Assembly: GCA_010405405.1 (NCBI GenBank)
Contig: MU004232.1
Coordinates: 1,941,481 to 2,005,480 of the forward strand
Length of the DNA: 64,000 nucleotides
Source of the DNA: Microthyrium microscopicum
Taxonomy: Eukaryota
Direction of reading: 5' to 3'
A program made the position numbers and the translations under genes. The notes beneath the pieces were generated by a model. The model was not told the DNA's origin and searched no databases. It saw nothing but the letters and a program-made list of their open reading frames with translations. Positions 22,628-34,379 of this stretch are shown here, one piece after another (positions within the stretch are counted from its first letter, which is position 1; each line of letters opens with the position of its first letter).

Positions 22628-23641
22628 GATCTGGGCACTTTTGATTGAAGGCAGGAACGGATCCCTGCAGGTCGACATCAACCTCACCCAAAGTGGAAAG
22701 CACCTCTCAACTGCACGAAGGAGCGACTGACTGCTTCTGCTCTGCTCTTGCCAATTTTTACTGCTACCTTAGAAACCCCTTCTTTACCCCATCTCATCAA
22801 ACAACAACATCTCGATCCATCAATATCCTCCTTCCATCATCCAAACATTCACACAAAACCAAATCTACTTCGCCTACTCTCCGCTTTGACTTGCCGTCCT
22901 CTACACAGCCATTGAACAGCCCACCATCCACTACACCTCGACTATAGTCTCTCACTCCCCAATATCGTCGCGTCTTAGGCGCTACTCGATCTTCAACAGT
23001 GGACTAAATTCTTGTCGCGCAACTGCCTTCTCAACCTACTGTCTCCTCCCTACGCTCGCAACCCGCTATAGTCACTCTTGACCACGCCACCCAATATAAC
23101 CTTCCTTGAAGGAGCGACGGTGCCCGATCTATATCCTTCTACGTTTCCACCACTTCGAGATACATCCGAGTCGCATCATCCAAATTTGAGCTAGACGTAT
23201 ACCTCATTATCCATATCTCTACCTAACGTCACTGGTTAGAGATTTGGTCACTCGTCCTAGCGCCTTGCGCACCAAGGTTGCTCGTGTGCACCATTCATTG
23301 GGCAATACTCATCGATATTCCTGCTTTAAACTATACGCAGAACCCATAAGCTCCCCTAGCTTTATCAACCAAGTCTTATAAAGTCGAATTCCACATTACT
23401 CGACCATCACTACCACCACCGAAATTTCTACCCCGCGTCCCCTAAACTTGCAGCCAACAATTCCAAGTCTAATCAACTATCAAAACAAGACTCGTTGCTT
23501 TTATAACACTCTTGATTCACGACATATTGCCTAGTGGACTGATATTCATTCTTGGCGTGAGAACACAGCTAGCGAGCTCGCAAAACACCTGTCACTCGGT
23601 CGATCACCGTTACAATTGGTCCAGTTGGACACCCCAAGATC
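22628..23641 (+). promoter_or_regulatory. About 1 kb ATG-free, C-rich/G-poor region upstream of the Eap1-like gene (probable long 5' leader)
   Basis: Manual scan found no ATG on the + strand between the ATG at 22625 and the start at 23642. Confidence 0.55.
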
Positions 23642-26138
23642 ATGGAGTATCGACGGTATACTGCAGAGCAGCTACATCATTTGAAGGGATCGCCTCTTGT
23701 AAAGAAGCCAGACAATCTTCCTTCTATAGAGGAATGGATGGAGCAAGACCCTCACTTCCTATTTTTAATGCAGTACTAATCACTAGCAGGGGATCGACCA
23801 ATGGTCGCCAACAATCACAAGATCAAAATGGACGAAGAAAACTACCACCGCCCAAAGATGAAAATGGTCAAGAGAATGCGCTATCTCGATTAGCTGGTGG
23901 CCTACGTCGACCTAAGCCAGGTTTGTGCATCTACAATTTTCCCGGTGCCTTGCTAATAATCACAAAGCAGTGGAGGATAATATCATACTCGGACCACCGA
24001 AAATGGGGTTTACCTCGAACAACCGCCGCGCTGAGCCAACAGAAAAACGTACATCTCTTGGACTCGCGACAGAAGATACTGCAGCAAAAGATGGAGACTT
24101 TAGAGAAGGCTTTTTCCGAGCTCGCAATACCGACGCTTTACCCATTCGTGAAAAACAAAATGGTCTTGGGGTAAACCGTCGACCACGCGAGTCTGGCGAC
24201 GATGCTACCAATGGTCGTCCTCGTCGGAATGGTCGGGAAGATGGCAATCGATGGGATCAGCTTGAGCGGGATCGCAATAGACGTGATCGCGATGCAGATC
24301 CGACAGAAACACCGCTAAGACGCAATGGAGTGGGTCGTGGCCGCTTCGATAGCAACTGGATTCGTCCTGAAAATGGTGAAGGCGAGAGCAATCGAGCAGA
24401 AAATAAAGCACCCCTCTGGCGTGACCGTGAACGCGATCGAGATCGTGATCATGACAAGGGCCGTCGCGATTGGACTCGGGGCAACAAGTATGACGGTCAT
24501 GCGGAAGAAGAACCTGAGTGGATGAATGATGAGCCTGTCAATCAAGAGGAAAAGCAGGCCAAAACTCAAGACGACTTTCAACGTTGGAAAGAACAGCAAA
24601 AACAGATGCAGGCGAATAAGATCGCTTCTACTGAAAAGGAGGAAACTCCGGAACCTGTTGTTGCCAAAGCACCTGCGCTTATGACGACCAAGTCAACTTC
24701 AGTTCTACCAACATTAGGTAACATGTTTGGGGCATTTGAAGAGATTGGTAAAAAAGACAAAGAGGTCGAATCAACCGCGCGTCCAGCTATGAGCAAGAAG
24801 CCGTCAAGATTTGAGGGATTATTCAAACGTGAAGAGCCAGCGATGCAGCCTCTACCATCACTGGGCGAGATGGCTTCTCGGCCGCCAGCCAATGACAACG
24901 TTAGCCCGAGCAACGAAGATCAACAAGGCTTTCAACGTATTCTTGCGATGCTTGGAAACAATACAACTCCAAAACCTGCAGACGGAGCTCGACCACCACC
25001 AGCTCAGCCAATGTCGCCTTCGGAGCACGAACGCCAAGGGGATCGCCCTCAGCTAGAACGCCAACGCGATAGTGCAAGCTTTGTAGAAGATCTTCTCGCG
25101 AGACAATCTGCGGCTAAGGATCGCAATGCTATCCAGCAGAATCAAGGCATGCATATGCAACGTGATATGGAGCAATTCGCATTGCGACAAGGTCAAATAG
25201 ATATGGGTCGGTTGCCCAATGAGCGAGAGACCAATCCCCCACGACACGAAGGATTCCCACGGGGTCATCATGAAAATGGTCATGCTCAGCCTCAAACCCA
25301 ATCGCTGGATCCCAATAGAGCATTCTTGTTGAATCTCATGAACAATCAACGACCAAGCGAATCTGCTGGTATGGACTATGCTCAGTTCGCTGGACAAAAG
25401 AATCATGGCATGCCGCAACAGGCCCAGCATCTCAATCAACGCAATACACCATCAGCACCTCCTGGTCTTGATCCTCGTCGATTAGCAGAGCAAGATATGC
25501 ATAGCACACGGCGCGCTCCTCCAGGTTTCTTCGACCATGATGCCGGCGTGCCAGAGAACAACATGGCCCCTCCAGGTCTGCAACGCCGCAATACTTCCGA
25601 GGCAGGAAACCCAACAGCTCAGATGAGTCGCCCGGGACAATCTCAGGCATCAAATTTGGGAATTCCGTCGTTAAGAATGAACGACATGATGATCATGCGC
25701 AATGGCGGACACATGGGAGCTGATGGACGTGTCATCCAGGGTCCTCCTCCAGGTCTTATGCCTTCCAATGGTGGTCCACAAAGTCAAGCTCCTGGTATCA
25801 TGGATCCGCGTATGAATGGCCCAGGTGGTCCCATTCCTAACGGTGGTATGCGGCCTAATGGGCCACCAATGGGTCCTCCCGGTTTCCCGCCACAAGGCAT
25901 GCCCATTAACATGCATGGTATGCCTCAAGGCCCGCCTCCAGGTGGCGCTGGACATTTTCCGATGGGACCTCCACATCCAAACCATTTCTTTGGCGGCCCA
26001 CCGGGTATGCCTCAGATGGGTGGACCTGGCCAGCAAGGATTCTTTCCACCTGGAGGCCGAGGATTTCCACCGCAGTTCGAGGGTCATGATATGCGTGGAC
26101 CTCTACCCCAGCATGGTCGCGGATTTCAGGGACAGTAG
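23642..26138 (+). CDS. Eap1/4E-T-like eIF4E-binding protein (3 exons; first intron GC-AG)
   Basis: Exon 1 reads MEYRRYTAEQLHHLKGSPLVKKPDNLPSIEEWM (YxxxxL-type motif). Introns 23743-23789 (GC-AG) and 23921-23970. Then LGPPKMGF, EEEPEWM, DDFQRWKEQ, SRFEGLF, GFQRILAML, several PPGL/PPGF motifs and a G/P/M-rich tail. Confidence 0.8.
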
Positions 26139-27111
26139 AATGAGCCTCATCATCCATATCAACTCCATGCCAACCAGGCAAATCCATCGCCAGCGCCTCG
26201 TTACGACCCACAATTGAATCAGATGTTATCGCAAGCAATGTACGAAAAACGACTAGACGAGCTCGAAGCGGCTGGCTTTCCACAACCAAAGTATCCTCCT
26301 CCGAAATCTACCAATCAGCACAATGGCTAGCTTTTTGTAGCCTTATAATACGCTTTCGCATTGTATCCAACATTACAGTTCACCCATTGATCGTACCAAA
26401 CCGCGCGTTATTCTTCAAGCGGTCTGGTCAACACCCATCATTCCTTTCGTATTCTTGTCTGTCTATTCCTCTCGGATCTCTTGGGACTTGTCCTTCCTGC
26501 AGCGAACTTTGAGATGTCCACGATTACCCAACAAAAAAGCTTCATGTCTGGTGAATAGCACGGCGTTCTCGATCCATCTTTCTTGGCATTCACGGCGTTT
26601 TGGTTCTTGCAAATTACACGCGCTCGCAAGGCGGTGCTTGTTCAATTTCTCCATGGCGTTTATACCTTTGGTTCTTGTGTACTTTGCTATATGCTTGGCT
26701 TCTTGTTTGGTGTTGGATTATCTTGTAGTATACTACCAAAAATCCTTTGTGTACAATCACTGGTATCAGGGACATCCCTACTGGGTCAGGTGTCATTCGG
26801 TTTGACGGAATGGGCTTGGGTTTACTTGCCTACGATACACATGTGGATGAATCGAGATGGCGAGAAAAGCATTCGATAGAGATTACCAGCGAAGGGAGAT
26901 ATTACATAGTTGGCCTTTGTCTGGCTTGCTATTGGTACAATACGGCAGTCTATGGGTTGAAGGAGCAGTGTTAGCTAGGCTATCATTCAATCATTATAGG
27001 CTGTAATGTGGAGCAGAAAAATATAACAACTATCAAGTTGAAAATCGGGGATGAAAAACAACTTTCAAAGCTCAATTCAGTGAATTCCATAGCCTGATAA
27101 TCTTCTACTAT

Positions 27112-28398
27112 TCAACCTCCAGAGCCACCCTGCCCAGGCTTCTTTCTCACAATCTTCACGCCAGAATCAAATCCCTTCATCCCTCTCCTCAAGCCCTCCA
27201 ACTCCTTGCCAAAATCAACATCCAGATCCATCTCATCTCCTTCCCCACCTCCAACTGGCACATTTTCCTCCCCGCCAGCGCCCTGGCCATCTTCCCCGCG
27301 ATTCCACTCCTCACCCTCCTTCGCCCACGCCTCTCGCTCCGCCGCATCATACTCCACTCTCCGATCTATCCACCGCTCCTGTACATCCCGTACATCCATA
27401 CTCGTCGCGCCACTCCGCACTGCAACCTGCCAAATCGTATCATTCGCGCCTCCTTCTGCGCCGAACGCATACCCAGATGCTTTATCTGCTGCATGTAGAA
27501 GAGCGGCCATGCTCGCTTTATCTTCGACGACGAGAGGTTCGTAGCCAACGAGGGAGAAATCTTCAACTAAATTGACTATGGCTGCGTTCAGCGCGTCGAA
27601 TTTGCTCGGCTCAACATCCTCTTCTCCCTCGTCTTCGTCTAGTTCAGGGAGCGTTGCTGGCCGTGTGGGATCATCGTCGGAGGGTCGTGAGGGGAGAGTT
27701 TTGCCGGTTTGCTCGGCGTTTAGGAGAGGAAGGAGGTATTGCAGGTCGTGGACTTCAGTGTAGAATTCGAGATCAAAGGGGAGGCGTGGGTAATTATGTA
27801 GATTGTCGATTTTGCTTAGCACGTTGATATGTGGCATGTCGAGCTGGAGCATTGTGCGCAGAGAGAGGAGGAGCGCGGATATATACAATGATGGGCGCGT
27901 GAGCACGAATGAATCTACTAAGTGCATCACGACCAGCTATAAGCTTCCATGTCAGTATGCGCATATCAAAATGTGTGGTGGGGAGGGGCGGTACCGTACG
28001 CGATAGTCCAGCTTTTTGGCTAGTTTGCCAATGATGTTTCGTAGGCTTTCGTGGTGTGTGAAGAGCTCGACTTGGCCGGGACAGTCGAAGAGTATGTAGT
28101 CGTTGTCGAGCGTTGCGAGGCCGTCTTCTAGCCAGTCGAAGTCTGCTTCGATGGTTTCGAGCGCGTGGAGAACGCTGCCGTTGGGGCCGAGATCTTCGTC
28201 GGTCATGATTTGTTCGAGGGAGACGAGGGAGCGCACGTCGAGGGCGGGTTTGTAGCTTGTGTGGTCGTTGGCTGGGTCGAGGTTCACGATGGAGCAGGGT
28301 CGGCCGACGGCGGAGAGGAATTGGTGCATGCCGTCGCAATAGGTTGATTTGCCGGAGCCCGGTGGCCCTATTACGAGCTGTCCGAATTTGGGTGGCAT
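27112..28398 (-). CDS. GPN2: GPN-loop GTPase 2
   Basis: QLVIGPPGSGKSTYCDGMHQFL, VNLDPAND, LGPNG, LFDCPGQVELFTHH and HINVLSKID. Intron 27999-27937. Confidence 0.93.
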
Positions 28399-29319
28399 GG
28401 TATCGATTTGGTCAGGACGTTGTTGGAGTGTTGGAGTGATGTATAAAGTTTTAGAGCTTAAGATGAGGTGGGGGATGGAACTGGTTGTTTGGTGGCGTTG
28501 GCTCGCCGAGTCGCCAGGTCACAAGAATTTATATCTACATAGACTCTGCACTTTGGTGCTTCTCAAGCTTAGACAGGTATCATGCTGGTCTTTTTAATGA
28601 ATTCACACAATTATGGTTAATAAAATAAACTGGCGCACTGCAAACGAGGGCGATGTCCACCACCTCACTTGATAAGAGCATGCTCTTTGATGCCTATCGT
28701 ATTCGACTGTCCACAAGCTTTTCGTGTATTTGGTGGGGAACAAGGGAGTCAATAGCTTGACGTGTTGGATGGAAGCAAGCGAAGCAAATGAGCGCACGCC
28801 GTTCATTTTGTCCATCGATCGCCTCTCGAAAACAACGAGTTATGTCTTAGCACCCACATATTTATCAATATCAAACCGAATGCATGAAAGATTCATTGGC
28901 TACATTCATTCAATAATGAGATCCTAAGGGGCCTGATATCCCTTAACTCCTATAATGCTGTTCAGTTGGGTATGGATTTCCCACGTTGCATAACGCCGCC
29001 CCATGTAAACTCTAATCATTTCTCTCCTGCTTCACGCGAGGATCTCCTTGCGATGATGATCCATAGGACTGCGGTGTTTGTGGGGCAATCCATGGGGTCG
29101 AAGTTCCATCCGGTCCTCGGGTCCAAGGTCGGCCATGAGGATGATGTTGGACTGGTTGAGAGGGAGCCTGTACCGAGCGATTGCGATTCCGTTCACTTCG
29201 GGCTACGACAGGTCGCACTGGATTGTTTTCCGTGAGTTGTGCAGGGAGATAGCCTTGGTCAGCGCCTAAACGAAAGAAAAATCCAGTTAGAAAGAACTTG
29301 AAGTAAATAAAAATATCTC

Positions 29320-29769
29320 CTAGGCTTCTCCGGGTTTCTTGCTGTTCATGGCAACGATCTTGATCTTCTCAGAAGTCAAGGGTGATTGGTTGTCCAGTTT
29401 GAAGGTAATATCCTTGACAATAAAGGTCCAAACGTCGTCACAGAATCGGTAGGTGTCCAAATGGCCCTTGGGTGAATAGTCAGTGCTATGCTCATTGATT
29501 GAGGAACGACTAGCAGTACCTTGAAGCTGAGTCTCGACTTGACTTTGTCACTGAGGACTTCAGCGACTACTCGATCAAAGTGCTCGAGCATCTTGATAGC
29601 AATCTGAGGCTCAATTCGTCGGTCGGCGATGAAGGCATCTAGAGCATCTACCAGAGAGTTGCCGATGCTATAACAAAGAGAATGAGCTAGTCATCCTCGA
29701 CAAAGAGTGGTGTTGATATTACCTGCTCCGTCGATACAGCTCGTAGTAAGCGCTATTTGGGGCGCTCAT
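29320..29769 (-). CDS. TOA2: Transcription initiation factor IIA gamma (small) subunit, 3 exons
   Basis: [26 protein letters not shown]...[23 protein letters not shown]...[15 protein letters not shown]. Confidence 0.96.
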
Positions 29770-30169
29770 GTTGTCGGTTGGGTGGTTGTAAAGGATATGG
29801 AGGCTGTCGGACGGAGGATTTAAAGAGTGTATATGCTGAGATGTAGTGACTGGTGTTTGGACTGATGAGGCAGGTGAAGGAGGGAAGTTACACCACAATG
29901 AGCAAGAGCAAGAGGGGCGAGAGGCCGCCTGCTTAGTAACCGCCATGATCATCTTGAAAGCCCTAGACCTGGCCTGGCTTTAGTAGCGCAACTGCAGGCG
30001 GTCGCTTGAGAGCTCAAGGTTGCTTCGAGCTTCCTTTCCGACATCAGCCAAGTTGAGTCTGCGCCGATTGTCAATCAATCCAGCAGCTTGATAATATCCA
30101 CCACACGCGCCGCTGACTGGAACTGCCGTCACTCAATTCCTTCATCTCAAGCTCCTCGACTTCACTATC

Positions 30170-30976
30170 ATGGGGCTCTATTATGCAGCAGGTGGTGCGA
30201 CCAGCGCCTTGACCGTCATCGGTCTTTGTATGTCTCTTCCGAATCAATGAGCTTGCATCATGAGATCCCAAGCTAACATGCCCAGATATGCTCTTCACTG
30301 GTAGCGGTGAATCATTCAACGTATGCTCTTTCCCTTATACTTATCGAGTAGTCCTGACGATAACCCTCCAGGTCGGCGAAGCGATCCTTAGCATATCACC
30401 CTACGCTTGGGCCTCAACAGGAATAGGTCTATGTATTGGATTATCCGTGGTCGGAGCAGCTTGGTAAACATACCTTTACTACAGATGGAATTTGCGAGAG
30501 CTGACAGTCGTAACCAGGGGAATCTTCATCACCGGATCCTCCATTATCGGAGGTGGTGTCAAGGCTCCACGGATAAGAACGAAGAATCTTATCTCCATCA
30601 TTTTCTGCGAAGTCGTTGCCATCTATGGTGTCATCATGTCGATTGTCTTCTCCTCCAAACTCGAACCCGTCTCTGCCGCACATCAAACCTCGGCCTCAAA
30701 TTACTATACCGGATTTGCGCTTTTCTGGGCTGGTTTAACCGTTGGGATGTGCAATTTGATTTGCGGCGTATCAGTCGGTATCAACGGCAGTAGTGCTGCA
30801 TTGGCAGATGCTGCTGATCCAAGTTTGTAAGTTCTCTTGTTTCACATTGTTCTAACGAAGCTAACTGGTATAGATTTGTCAAGATTCTCGTCATCGAGAT
30901 TTTCAGTTCGGTACTGGGTCTGTTTGGTCTTATCATCGGTCTCTTAGTATCCGGCAAAGCATTAGATTTCCAATGA
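30170..30976 (+). CDS. VMA16: V-ATPase V0 proteolipid subunit c''
   Basis: 5 exons. [83 protein letters not shown]. Divergent from TOA2, about 400 bp apart. Confidence 0.95.
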
Positions 30977-31467
30977 GTAACCCAATAACAATGACACGGA
31001 GTCGAGTTGTATCCTTTATAGAGGGTGGCTGAACAGTGGGCGTTCCCGGGAACGGCAATCGACAGTTCTGCAAGCCAGCATCTCGCATGGCGAGATAGCA
31101 TGGTATGGAGCTGCGGCATGTACAGAGTATCAGCCTTATACAATAATTTACGCGAAAATGTATTTTGGAGGCATGTCTGGCGAGTGCTCAATCAATATTG
31201 TTGAGACAAGGAATAGTTAAATTATACTGACATTCATCTATCCTGCCATTTGCTCAAATTGAACTTATGATTATTGCTGGACTACCTTTTGTTCGTCAGA
31301 AATGGGTTCTCAGAAGATTAACTTTGTTGATATTCCCGCGGGTTTATGATTCTTAAGATGACATCTTGACGGAGAAAATCCCGCGCTTCGCGTGGATCGG
31401 ATCGTCTTCAATCACCGAACCTTGATCGACCTCCACCCCTCAACATCAACATTGGCATACATTTAAC

Positions 31468-33737
31468 ATGGCTCAAAACAAACTCAAAGCTGCTATATTG
31501 ATCGTTTCCGACACTGCCTCATCTGATCCGACCACCGATAAATGTATTCCTGTCCTTCAGGAGGTGTTCGGTGATGAGTGGGACGTAGTTGAATCAGCAA
31601 TCGTACCAGACGACAAGAGCGAGATTGAATCATTTATCAAGAAATGGACCGACTCAGATCAGTATGCGAGCTGTATAGTAACCAGCGGAGGTACTGGATT
31701 TGCCGTCAAAGACAATACGCCCGAGGTGAGTCGCATTATCTTGATCCTCGCCAGATCTAACGAGTATTCAGGCAGTCAGTCCATTACTGCACAAACAAGC
31801 TCCAGGATTAGTGTACGGTCTTAGAAGCTTGATACTAAAATTATTCACTAATTTCGACAGGCATGCAATGCTGGCTCCATCGCTAGCAATTACGCCTTGT
31901 AAGCATGAGTCTCATAGCTATGATTGAATGAGAATTAATATATCACGACAGTTGCCATGATGGCTAGACCAGTAGCTGGAGTTCGAAACAAGACAATCAT
32001 CATAACGCTACCTGGCTCACCCAAAGGCGCTAAAGAAAACCTAGAAGCAATTGTCAAGCTTCTTCCTCACGCCTGCCAACAAGCGGCTGGCATGAACTCG
32101 AGAGCTTTACACTCTGGAGGCATCAAGAAATTGGAGAAAGAAGCCGGCGTCGCATCAAACGGTTTGTGAATATATTTCTACTACTGGCTGCAACACACAT
32201 CTCATTCTGACTAGACGACTAGCAGCGGCATCAGGGGGCACTCATTCGCATGACCATCATCACCATCACCACGATCATTCACATGGTGGCGGACATAAAG
32301 TCCCGCGGGCTCATACCAAACCAGAGGCTAGACCCGTACCAAATGATCCCTCTGCTGGTCCAACTCAACGGCATAGAAAGTCACCATGGCCGATGCTCTC
32401 TGTAGACGAAGCTCTTGACTTGATCAAAGAACATACGCCCAAGCCTGAAGTAGCAAAAATGTCTGTCAATGAACGGCTAGTAGGTCATGTTGTCGCCGAG
32501 TCAGTTGCCGCATCAGAGTCAGTGCCTGCCTTCAGAGCCAGCATAGTAGATGGTTATGCAGTCAGAATCCCAGCCTCTGGGACGTTCGAGAAAGGTACAT
32601 ATCCTGTAGCACTAGTATCTCATGCGCAGGCAGGTGAGGTGCCTGAGCTTAAAGAAGGACAAATTGCAAGAATAACCACAGGAGCCCCGTTACCACCGGG
32701 TTCTTCAGCAGTTGTCATGGTAGAAGATACCGTGCTGGTCTCACAAACTGAAGATGGCAGCGAAGAAAAGGAGGTAGAAATACTCACATCAGAGATCAAA
32801 GATGGCGAAAATGTGCGTGAAGTTGGCAGTGATGTTCAGAAAGGAGACACGATTATCCATAAAGGTCAGACTATATCCGCTATTGGTGGTGAACTCGGTC
32901 TCCTAGCTTCTGTCGGCGTCCCACAAGTCCTTGCATACCGCAAGCCCATCGTTGGCGTTCTCAGTACCGGTGACGAAATCATACCTCACGACGAAGCAAG
33001 GCCACTCAAGCTCGGAGAAGTCAGAGACACCAACCGTCCTACCCTTCTCACCGCCATTGCCGGCACAGGCTTCGAGGCTATCGACTTAGGCATAGCTTCC
33101 GACAAGTAAGCCCCTTCCCTACCTTCATTATCCAAATGTCCAAGACTAACTCAACAGACCCGGCACTCTCGAAGAAACCCTCCGTGCCGCCTTCCGCCGC
33201 ACCGACATAGTAATCACCACCGGCGGCGTCTCCATGGGCGAACTCGACCTCCTCAAACCCACCATTACCCGCGCCCTCGGCGGGACCATCCACTTTGGCC
33301 GCGTAGCCATGAAACCCGGCAAGCCGACCACCTTTGCCAGCGTGCAAGTCAAAGACAACGATGGCAAGCGCGTTACCAAGCTCATCTTTGGACTCCCTGG
33401 GAACTCAGCGTCCGCCATCGTCACGTTCCATCTCTTTGTCCTCCCGGCGTTGCACCATGCGTCAGGTATAGAGCCTGCTGGGCTGCCGAGAGTGAAGGTA
33501 GTGGTGGATCGCGATGTAAAGAGGGATCCAGAGAGGAGCGAGTATCATCGCGTGGTGGTGACGGCGGGGAGAGATGGGTATTTACATGCGGTTAGTACGG
33601 GTGGACAGAGGAGTTCGAGGGTGGGGAGCTTTATGGCCGCGAATGGCTTGCTTTGTTTGCCGGCGGAGAAAGGGGTTGTGGCCAAGGGGGAGATGGTGGA
33701 CGCTTTGCTGATGGGGAAGATTGTTAGTGAGCTTTAG
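31468..33737 (+). CDS. cnxE: Gephyrin-like molybdenum cofactor biosynthesis protein (MogA G-domain + MoeA E-domain)
   Basis: AAILIVSD, TSGGTGFAVKDNTPE, LPGSPKGAKENL, a His-rich linker, PAFRASIVDGYA, ARITTGAPLP, VGVLSTGDE, GGVSMGELD, MKPGKP and GGQRSSR. Multi-exon. Confidence 0.95.
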
Positions 33738-34379
33738 GGGAGGCTTGGGAGTACGATGTGGGCATAGGTCATAGAATAGGCGCGTGAGACTGGTCACTAA
33801 TGCCGTTATTATGTGGTTGAAGGAAGTCAAGATGCCATGGAACAAGGCAACACTGCTTCCTGACGTGTCTTTTACGATCAATGGAAGCGCACAGGCTCAC
33901 AAGGTCGATATGCATTGGTTTCCTGAGATTTGTATGTACGGAATACATGACAGCAAAAAGGATAGATACTACTAGCTAAGTAAGAATGTTGCTGGATTCA
34001 TAGCAACGGAGCGAAAAATAAACATGAAAGTTATGAAGGAGCGAAGGCCCATGGGCAATAAAACAGCACACAAGTTGGGTTAGTTAAGATAGTATATACA
34101 ACTTAAATACAATCCCTTCGTCCAAGATTTCCTTACCCAAATCGAGTAGTCACTCGTAAATTTGACCTTCCGATTAGAAGTATTCGCAAACGTATCAGTA
34201 GACGCTGAACATATTATTGTTACCTGCAAAATTTCAACCTTAGAAGGTCGAACTATGTCGTGAGGAAAGAGCTATTTTAGAGCCGTCCGACTCTGGTTTC
34301 TTTCTTGTCGAAAGCCAAACTTACCGCACCATATTTCGGCCTTGATTCAACCTACAGAAAGCTACTAGGGCTGAGCGCT

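Noticed and set aside
23512..24174. 220-aa ORF in the track as a separate gene
   Set aside because: It is exon 2 of the Eap1-like gene plus flanking read-through from a TTG start.
26438..26974. Overlapping hydrophobic short ORFs between the Eap1-like gene and GPN2
   Set aside because: T-rich 3'-UTR composition explains them; mostly non-ATG starts and no consistent gene structure.
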